Below are positions 57,269 through 64,000 of a stretch of DNA of 64,000 nucleotides, in pieces. Source of the stretch: a virus (Duplodnaviria; Caudoviricetes); the IMG/VR virus record IMGVR_UViG_3300028844_004840, positions 32,001 through 96,000 of that record; one strand, given 5' to 3'. The notes beneath the pieces are model-generated. The model was not told where the DNA came from and did no database searches. It saw only the letters and a program-made list of their open reading frames with translations. Positions within the stretch are counted from its first letter, which is position 1. Every line of letters begins with the position of its first letter. A program made the translations under genes and the position numbers.

Positions 57269-59524
57269 TTAGTGAGTAGCGGCCCACGTCATACCAATAG
57301 CGGATTCGGCGGTTACAGGGCAGTTGAAATTAAAATGCTCCCCTGCAAGAGGTGCCGCAGCTTCCATTATTTCAGCGGCGCGTTCTGCCAAGTCTTCGCG
57401 TACTGCGATCTGAATTTCGTCGTGAGACCACGAGCAGAAGAAATATTCTAAATTGGGGCCGTGATCCCACCCTTCTTCATAGAACATATCGTCAACAAGT
57501 AGACACCATTTCTTCGCAATTAGCGCACCGTCAGATTGCAGGCGAAGATTCAACGCAGAATGCTTTGAGCGTGCATATAATCGACGTCCGTCCAGTCCGC
57601 GAATGGTGTTAGAGTTCTTTCGCATCTCTTTGTGAATTTCACGGATCGCCTTCTGTAGTGAAGGCATCGCCGCCATGAGCTTTGATCGAAGTGTCTTACC
57701 TAAAGACTGCTGACGGGCTGCGGATGAGAATGGCTCAACAATAGAACCAAGCTTTCCGTCCCCTCCGCCATACATGGCGGCGTACAGGAGGCGCTTAGCC
57801 ACTGATCGTGTAATTCCCGCCAACTGGGCGTTTCGAGCGTGAATATCTCCGTTGAGTACTACGTCCACGATTTCTCCACCATCAAACGGGAACGTAAGAT
57901 TCCCTAGGCAACGAAATTCGATTCCCGAGAGATCGCATCCTACCAGCTTATAGCCTTTAGGTACGGTAAACAATTCGCGGCAATCGTATCCGTAATCCCC
58001 CGCGCGTCCGCGTGCCACGATAGACCACTCAGATTTATTCTCTTTCCACTTTGATGATACGATGATAGGCGCACTCCAGCTATTTACGTTCCCAGCGTTT
58101 TTAGAAAGAAACTCCTCTCCTTTTTCTTTCGCCATTTCAGGAGTTATTCCTTTGTCTTCGTTAGCTCCAAATTCCACCGCATTTACCCCCGGCACCTGTG
58201 AGATGTTTGGGGAAGAGTGTGTAGCACGTCCTGATACGGTTCCACCTACATTTACACGTCCGTGGATTCGTCCGTCACTGCGGAGTAATTTCAGCCATCC
58301 ATTTTTACCGTCAGATACTTGTCCTAGTCGTTTTTTGTAAAAGAATAATTCCGCCAATGTTGCAGCCAAAGGAACATCATCAGCAAGATCTCGTAGGATT
58401 TCATCATTAACTTTGGCTGCACCTTTTTCCGTGAAGTCTTGCGGTTCCCACCCATACAACGTTTTTAAACGATCTGTAATTTGAGGACGTGAATTGGGGT
58501 TGAATTCTTTCAATTCAATTTTCACTAGAGGAACATCCGCATAAACATCTGGCATCATCTTACGAAAGTCTCCACCAGCCGCAGCCTTTGCACGAGATTT
58601 ACTTCTGTCTATGTTGCGCTTGTAGGTATCAACGTTTCCCCATGTGCGGCGGGCGTGGTGTTCTCCATGTTCTGTTACAAATTCGTCCGTGTGGGCTTTT
58701 AACGGTCGATGCCATTTTCCGATATCCGCCGTAGCTTCCTCTGCGAGTGCATCGTATTGCGTCTGAAAATCTTGAGCCAGTTTGTCCGCTTTATTTTTGT
58801 CAAACACAAACCCATTACGCTCTTGCTTTACCATTAGATCATGTATTTGGTGCTCCATAATGGTAGCTTCGCGGGACCAATTGCAGCGTAGAATACTTGT
58901 CCACACCAACATGTTAACGTCAACATCGTTGATACAGTAGTCGTGCATATTCTGACTCCACGTGCCCCAGACGTAGTGGTGTAACTCCTCTGTAGTCGGT
59001 GCATCTAGTCCTTTTTCTTTGTGAATATCCTTTAGTTCGTTTTCACGGTCTTTCTTATAGTCGCCTTTATGCATCCCAAGACGTTGGCCCCAGCCTTCAA
59101 GGCCCTGTGTACCAATTAGTCGCCCAGCCAGTTTACCTGTTGACGCTAATCGAAAATCTTTTTCCTTTTGATCTGCAAAACACATGCGAACCATGACCAG
59201 TGTGTCAACAATACGGGCTTCGGGAACGAAATATGGATATATAAGTGCAATCGCGGGGATATCAAAGTCGATGATGTTGTGTCCGATGATTGTCTTCGCA
59301 TCCATCAGGATTTTTACACCTTCTTCGAGGTTATTTCCTTCATCGTTGTTAACAAATTCTATCGTCTTTTCAGTGTGAATATCTTTGATCACAAGGCAGT
59401 GAATTCGATCCATGCAGAACGGTGGTTCGACGTGTTCGGGTAAAAGCCCGTTGGTCTCGATATCGAATATTACTTCTTCGAATTCGCCCGTCACGATCTG
59501 GATTGGATTGAATGAGTAAGTCAT
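57269..59524 (-). CDS. polA: DNA polymerase, family A (T7-like) with 3'-5' exonuclease
   Basis: FDIETNGL, GHNI..FD, motif A DLSGIEFR, motif B AKRLLYAAMYG, motif C HDEIQ. Confidence 0.95.
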   Translation of the reverse strand: MTYSFNPIQIVTGEFEEVIFDIETNGLLPEHVEPPFCMDRIHCLVIKDIHTEKTIEFVNNDEGNNLEEGVKILMDAKTIIGHNIIDFDIPAIALIYPYFVPEARIVDTLVMVRMCFADQKEKDFRLASTGKLAGRLIGTQGLEGWGQRLGMHKGDYKKDRENELKDIHKEKGLDAPTTEELHHYVWGTWSQNMHDYCINDVDVNMLVWTSILRCNWSREATIMEHQIHDLMVKQERNGFVFDKNKADKLAQDFQTQYDALAEEATADIGKWHRPLKAHTDEFVTEHGEHHARRTWGNVDTYKRNIDRSKSRAKAAAGGDFRKMMPDVYADVPLVKIELKEFNPNSRPQITDRLKTLYGWEPQDFTEKGAAKVNDEILRDLADDVPLAATLAELFFYKKRLGQVSDGKNGWLKLLRSDGRIHGRVNVGGTVSGRATHSSPNISQVPGVNAVEFGANEDKGITPEMAKEKGEEFLSKNAGNVNSWSAPIIVSSKWKENKSEWSIVARGRAGDYGYDCRELFTVPKGYKLVGCDLSGIEFRCLGNLTFPFDGGEIVDVVLNGDIHARNAQLAGITRSVAKRLLYAAMYGGGDGKLGSIVEPFSSAARQQSLGKTLRSKLMAAMPSLQKAIREIHKEMRKNSNTIRGLDGRRLYARSKHSALNLRLQSDGALIAKKWCLLVDDMFYEEGWDHGPNLEYFFCSWSHDEIQIAVREDLAERAAEIMEAAAPLAGEHFNFNCPVTAESAIGMTWAATH

Positions 59525-59565
59525 TGTTTTAATGTCCACATTTCGATTAGTTGTTGAGTTAATAA

Positions 59566-59613
59566 CGTGACTCTGCCGTAACAGGTCGGGGGCTGATAAC
59601 AAACAGAGTCACG
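59566..59613 (-). promoter_or_regulatory. long hairpin in the polA leader
   Basis: CGTGACTCTG/CAGAGTCACG 10-bp stem, apical loop CCCCCGAC. Confidence 0.55.
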
Positions 59614-59648
59614 CGTATTGGCAGCGTGTCGATAGACACATTAATTAT

Positions 59649-60191
59649 TTACGCCGCCGCTACATCCTCAGTAGTGGTTTCCTTGGAAGCCCATGACGGT
59701 GTCACGTCTTTCAGATACATCGCTGTACCGACTTCACGCACGTAGTCGATTGGAATTTTAGGATTATTCAAGTGTGTACGCCCTTTTAAAGAGCGTCGCC
59801 ACTTGGCGAACACAGGCATAAGTGCAGCCGATTCAACCAAGTAGGCTTCGACAAGGGTACTATCTTTATATGTAGCAAACACGAAACGGCGTGCCATAAA
59901 TCGGTCGATAACTGCGGTATTCAGGTGATGATTTGTTGAGAATCCTGAGTTCTTTTTGTTCAAATCGACCGTTTTAATTTCGTATTCGTTTCCAATGCGA
60001 TCCATGGCGTCTGGACCGCGACGTCCTGGGTGGATATCTAGACCAGTTGCTATCGCGATTTGCAGGACTTTTACGCCGTTGTCCGAGAATGGGTCCGCGA
60101 TGCCGTACGACTTGGCGAGGTGTTTCAGCTTGTCAGTGGCTTCGAGTGCGTCTTCCATTTCGGTCCAGCGCAGGTTCATATGTGTTGGCAT
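59649..60191 (-). CDS. R.PvuII-family restriction endonuclease (orphan)
   Basis: Colinear with R.PvuII: D.F.DNG.K.LQ, PGR.G.DA.D..G.EYE.K, GFST.HH.N, NNPKIP..YV.E.GT..Y. Confidence 0.88.
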   Translation of the reverse strand: MPTHMNLRWTEMEDALEATDKLKHLAKSYGIADPFSDNGVKVLQIAIATGLDIHPGRRGPDAMDRIGNEYEIKTVDLNKKNSGFSTNHHLNTAVIDRFMARRFVFATYKDSTLVEAYLVESAALMPVFAKWRRSLKGRTHLNNPKIPIDYVREVGTAMYLKDVTPSWASKETTTEDVAAA

Positions 60192-60194
60192 TGT

Positions 60195-60776
60195 TTACTC
60201 CTTGATTCCGAGTGCATCGCACGCGGCGAGGTATTCGTCACGCGCTTTCTTTGGTCGCCACGGATAAAAGTCCGAGTCGATTTCGTAAAGTGTCTGCTCG
60301 GCGCGGCCGGGGAACTGGTCCCACTCCCACGGCGAGGTTGTCGTAAGCTCTTCGGCTTCCGCATAAAGCAGTTGAATGTCTGCCCACTTGACGTAGGCTT
60401 CAATGCCATCGTCATATGGAACGCCGTAACGTGTGCGGAATGCTTGAGCACTTCCGTTTTCGAAACGGCGGTAGTCTGGTAAAAGTGATTTGAGGGGAGA
60501 GTTTACATCGCCCCATGCGTATTCAGGGGCGTCGTGGGTCAAAGCCCACTTGCGTACATACTCTGGTGCTCCTCGCTGTACCAAAAGACGCTCAACGTAC
60601 ACGCTATGTTGCGCAACTGAGTATATGTCGTCTTCGTATCTGTCTGAGAGATGTCCTGTGAATCGGCAGATACGGCTTAGCGCTCGTGCAATATCCGGTA
60701 GATAAAATTCAGATGGATCGTGAGGACCGAAGTGAAACTTACGTCCGGTCGCGGTTGTGATATACGGGTGTGTCAT
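60195..60776 (-). CDS. HD-domain 5'-deoxynucleotidase (YfbR/YfdR-like)
   Basis: LS.ICRF.GH, YSVAQHS, HDA.E...GD..SPLK. Confidence 0.85.
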   Translation of the reverse strand: MTHPYITTATGRKFHFGPHDPSEFYLPDIARALSRICRFTGHLSDRYEDDIYSVAQHSVYVERLLVQRGAPEYVRKWALTHDAPEYAWGDVNSPLKSLLPDYRRFENGSAQAFRTRYGVPYDDGIEAYVKWADIQLLYAEAEELTTTSPWEWDQFPGRAEQTLYEIDSDFYPWRPKKARDEYLAACDALGIKE

Positions 60777-60864
60777 TCGTTGTCCTCATTGGTTTGGTTC
60801 TTTTATCATAAAACTTGTTGGTGTCAATACTTAAATTTAAAATATCCCCGCAATCTGCGAAGTG

Positions 60865-62658
60865 TCAATCCAGTGCCTCTTTAATTACGCCCATTTTTTC
60901 TAACAAGGCTATCGCCATTCGGCTTTCAATGGACCCGTCTACCACAAGGTGCTGTACAAGTACAGCATTTAATTGTCCGTGTCGCCATGCACGATCTTCG
61001 GCTTGCTCAATCATCGCAGGAACCCAATCTAGTTCCGCAAATACAACAAAGCGCGCGCGCGTCAATGTAAAACCAACACCCATAGCAATGATGTTTCCAA
61101 GTATCACATCGAGATGCCCGTCTTGGAAATCGTCCACGATGTCCTGGCGCTTGTCTGGATGGACGTCTCCGGTAATCACACCGACGCGAATTCCTTTCTT
61201 TTCAAGGCGCTCTTTGATCGATTTGATTACCGACTTGTGGTATCCAAAACAAATTACAGGCTCGCCGCACTGGACCAGTTTCTCGACGTGCTCTACCACC
61301 AATCCGACCTTGGCTAGTGCCACTTCTTCACGTGCCGAGCTGATTTCGGTGAACATGATTTGTTCTGGTGCGGAGAGCGTTTTTACCGCCTCGCCCCAAT
61401 CAGGTTCTTCTCCTGATTGTTCTGCCAAAGCTGCTGCCAATTTGTCACAAAGGTTGTCGATGTATCGGAACAGATTTGAAGTATCGATTCCCAGTACTGA
61501 TTTCTCGTAGGCTTCCAACGCGTTCTCGACGCGGTTTTGCTCTTTCTTGACAGGTGCTTCCAGTTTGTCTTTTGGAAGTAGAACCATTTCGCGGTTTTTG
61601 TCGGGCAGCTCTTTCAGCACCGATTGCTTATCGCGACGTACCATGAAACGCTCACGCAGGAGACGGTTAAGTTCTTCAAGATTTGACGCGCCGGACGAAT
61701 CAAGGCCCCCGAACGATTCCTGTGCGTCACAGTACGTTAGTGCGTATTTTCTCCAGTTCAGCCCTAGTCCCTCAGGGTCGCACGCTCTAATAATCGTCCA
61801 AAGTTCTGATGGTTTTGAAAGAATTGGCGTCCCAGTTAGGTACAGGTGGTGTGCAGCCTCGATAGGCGTGAATACTTTTTTCGATATTCCTTTCTTTCGA
61901 CTTGCCTTACGCTCTCCGCCAAAAACACACATGGATCGTAGTGACGTTGCCGTTTTTAACAGGTGGGCTTCGTCGCAGATAACAAGGTCCCATTCGACTT
62001 TTTTGATCTGATCATCGAACGCTTCAAGCATGTCGTAGTTGACGATACACACATCAGCGGCAGGCCAGAAGTGTTCCGTACGCGATTTTGATATAGGCTT
62101 ATCGCGGTGATCCCGCGCTCGGCCTCCGTTAGGCATGAACACCGGATCATTGTGCAATATTGACGCAGTTTGTCCCACAGATAACCCGTGAACGTCCCAG
62201 CGCTCCCACTCACGCTTCCAATTGCGTTTCAATGACGCAGGGCAGATGATAAGGATTTTATTCAATTTCTTGGTGTTGTGTAATCCGATAGCCTGAATCG
62301 TTTTACCCAGCCCCGGAGGGTCGGCTATCAGAGTTCTGGAGCGCTTGGAGGCGTACTCTATCCCAGCGCGTTGGAAGGGCATGTAAGCAAGCCCCTCAGG
62401 GGCAGGGAATTCTGCCACGGTGTCTTCTGCCCAAGATGCGTCAATCGCCGCCTGACGGATCGCTAGGGCGTTGTCAAGGTACTCTTTAGCTGCACCAATC
62501 GCCCAATCCTTTACAAGTAGAGCTTTTTCTTCATCAGCAGTCCACCAATGCTTTCGACGGAAGTCGTACTTCCACTTAGCACGTTTCAGTGCAAAACGAT
62601 CTTTCTCGTATTTACGTGTGGTTACAAACTTACCATCAATACGGTCAAATTGGGTCAT
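60865..62658 (-). CDS. SNF2-family helicase
   Basis: ADPPGLGKT, CPASL, DEAH, LTGTP, G.TLT.A, QAEDR..R.GQ. Confidence 0.92.
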   Translation of the reverse strand: MTQFDRIDGKFVTTRKYEKDRFALKRAKWKYDFRRKHWWTADEEKALLVKDWAIGAAKEYLDNALAIRQAAIDASWAEDTVAEFPAPEGLAYMPFQRAGIEYASKRSRTLIADPPGLGKTIQAIGLHNTKKLNKILIICPASLKRNWKREWERWDVHGLSVGQTASILHNDPVFMPNGGRARDHRDKPISKSRTEHFWPAADVCIVNYDMLEAFDDQIKKVEWDLVICDEAHLLKTATSLRSMCVFGGERKASRKKGISKKVFTPIEAAHHLYLTGTPILSKPSELWTIIRACDPEGLGLNWRKYALTYCDAQESFGGLDSSGASNLEELNRLLRERFMVRRDKQSVLKELPDKNREMVLLPKDKLEAPVKKEQNRVENALEAYEKSVLGIDTSNLFRYIDNLCDKLAAALAEQSGEEPDWGEAVKTLSAPEQIMFTEISSAREEVALAKVGLVVEHVEKLVQCGEPVICFGYHKSVIKSIKERLEKKGIRVGVITGDVHPDKRQDIVDDFQDGHLDVILGNIIAMGVGFTLTRARFVVFAELDWVPAMIEQAEDRAWRHGQLNAVLVQHLVVDGSIESRMAIALLEKMGVIKEALD

Positions 62659-62696
62659 GAAATCGAAACACCTTAACGGATTAGAGAAACTTGAGT

Positions 62697-63167
62697 TTAT
62701 CCTAGTAGATTGGAAAAGATTTTAATAACAGCGTTTTCACCTTCCTCAAGCGTGACTCTGTCAGGAACCGCGATATAACCATCAGGAGGAATCACCGTAA
62801 ACGTGTCAGGGTCATTACCGCTACGCGGTTCTGGCACAACAATAACAACTTCACCTTTTATCTGAAAGTCGTACCGAGTGTGTGTCGTATCCGCGAACAC
62901 CAATCGGTTGTGGATAGTCACGTCAGCAAAGTGAAACTCACCTTCGGCAGGACTTTCAACAGCTATCAGCATAGGAGTATGTACGGCTGCTCTGGAGACG
63001 GCTGGAGATGTAAACGGCCTGTTTTCAGTGCCTTTGAAAGGCTCTGTACTCTGTCCACAGCAAGGTGCAGTTCTGCTTCCGTCTCCATGTTCTAGGTAGA
63101 TGCCATGCCCATCTGCATATGCAGATGAACATGTAATCAGGGCAATTAAAGATACCCAGCGACGCAT
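62697..63167 (-). CDS. putative exported protein
   Basis: Signal peptide MRRWVSLIALITCSSAYA with an A-x-A cleavage site. Confidence 0.6.
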   Translation of the reverse strand: MRRWVSLIALITCSSAYADGHGIYLEHGDGSRTAPCCGQSTEPFKGTENRPFTSPAVSRAAVHTPMLIAVESPAEGEFHFADVTIHNRLVFADTTHTRYDFQIKGEVVIVVPEPRSGNDPDTFTVIPPDGYIAVPDRVTLEEGENAVIKIFSNLLG

Positions 63168-63388
63168 CACGCAGTTCCAGCCATGTGTTGGATAACCGCC
63201 AAGCGGAAATCCTGTGGACACGTGTTAGACGTGAATTTACGACGCCCCGCACGATTGAGTGGTAGGGGAGATTTCATTCGTGAAATATTTTTTCCCTTAA
63301 CAACCTCGTTTTCGTGTCGTCTGCGATATTTTTCTGCTCGGCGATTCTCGGCGCGGAGTACTTGGCGTGTGGGAGTGTTGGTATTCAT
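63167..63388 (-). CDS. small basic protein
   Basis: SD AAGGAG; TRQVLRA and NRAGRR motifs. Confidence 0.6.
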   Translation of the reverse strand: MNTNTPTRQVLRAENRRAEKYRRRHENEVVKGKNISRMKSPLPLNRAGRRKFTSNTCPQDFRLAVIQHMAGTA

Positions 63389-63485
63389 GTTGGTCTCCTT
63401 ATGATATGATTCGATAATAACCTATACTATCATCTTGGGTTTCGTAGTCAAGAGTAACTTTTCCGTCGAAAATTCTGTCACCTGT

Positions 63486-63788
63486 TTATGACACAGTCTT
63501 GATAAGACAGCGCCGTGTTTGTTGCTTCAAGCGAGTTTTCACCTCTTCATGAAATTCGACGCGTTTATCTTTTGATTGCTGTATGAAATATTCGTCGGTG
63601 GGATAGCAATCACTGATGAGGCAATGAAAACCATATTCGTCAAGGCCTTCTTTCACCCATAAATCATACGCGTGTAGGGCTTGCTGAATTGCGTCATCGC
63701 GGTCGGTGGCTGCGACAATCACGTCTGAGCAATAAAAGCCCATCAATACATCGCTATCCATGTACCAGAGTGCAGGTGTCTTGTGCAT
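63486..63788 (-). CDS. hypothetical protein
   Basis: SD AAGGAG in the upstream gene end. Confidence 0.6.
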   Translation of the reverse strand: MHKTPALWYMDSDVLMGFYCSDVIVAATDRDDAIQQALHAYDLWVKEGLDEYGFHCLISDCYPTDEYFIQQSKDKRVEFHEEVKTRLKQQTRRCLIKTVS

Positions 63789-63789
63789 G

Positions 63790-63999
63790 TTAGTCTCCTT
63801 TTATTGTGGATAGTAGGTTTTGAAAGTGTTTTTCTGCTGCAGCGGTTGCATGCGTTTCGGTGTCGAATCCTGTCACAAAATTAACCGGAAAATATTTCGA
63901 TTCTTGTGCGAGCAATCTTGTGTCAAATTCATCGTATTGTTCCAGCGAGGTAAAGAATCCAAAACTGTATCCAGAAGTCGGCCTGATTGGATGGGTCAC
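63790..63999 (-). CDS. hypothetical protein (possibly partial)
   Basis: Open to the window edge; coupled to the next gene. Confidence 0.5.
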   Translation of the reverse strand: MTHPIRPTSGYSFGFFTSLEQYDEFDTRLLAQESKYFPVNFVTGFDTETHATAAAEKHFQNLLSTIKGD

Positions 64000-64000
64000 A

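Noticed and set aside
45752-59524. Inteins or introns in RNR, helicase or polymerase
   Set aside because: Insertions are short and lack intein termini or homing endonuclease motifs; reading frames are continuous.
51846-60776. Z-base (diaminopurine) pathway suggested by HD hydrolase, MazG-like genes and PolA
   Set aside because: No PurZ in the window, the genes are not clustered, and these families are widespread; the rest of the genome is unseen.

Overview
Segment of a large lytic siphovirus-type phage genome, most similar in gene content and order to phiCbK-like / Roseobacter-infecting alphaproteobacterial phages (inferred from protein families, not a database search). Plus strand: (1) a tRNA/translation island (1-3.9 kb) with ten tRNA genes, a Pth2-type peptidyl-tRNA hydrolase, an RNase H-like protein and two small DUF1127 genes missing from the ORF track; (2) a large esterase/beta-helix/LamG protein, portal, scaffold, major and minor capsid, a cluster of accessory virion proteins, PhoH, neck and tail genes with a -1 frameshifted chaperone, tape measure, a GTA-like distal tail module and a lysis cassette (4.2-45.0 kb). 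Minus strand (45.0-64 kb): nucleotide metabolism and replication (dUTPase, class II RNR, ThyX, dNMP kinase, MazG-like, Dda-like helicase, putative SSB, Cas4-like nuclease, DEDDh exonuclease, T7-like PolA, HD nucleotidase, SNF2 helicase). Most notable: an orphan R.PvuII-like endonuclease with no methylase in the window, whose site CAGCTG I found only once in 64 kb by eye; a T4 gene-32-like pseudoknot operator upstream of a non-T4 SSB; a full set of four serine tRNAs in the non-canonical 8/4 fold plus other atypical tRNAs; and repeated CGG(A/G)G-loop hairpins around the head genes. All motif counts and folds are manual and need computational confirmation.
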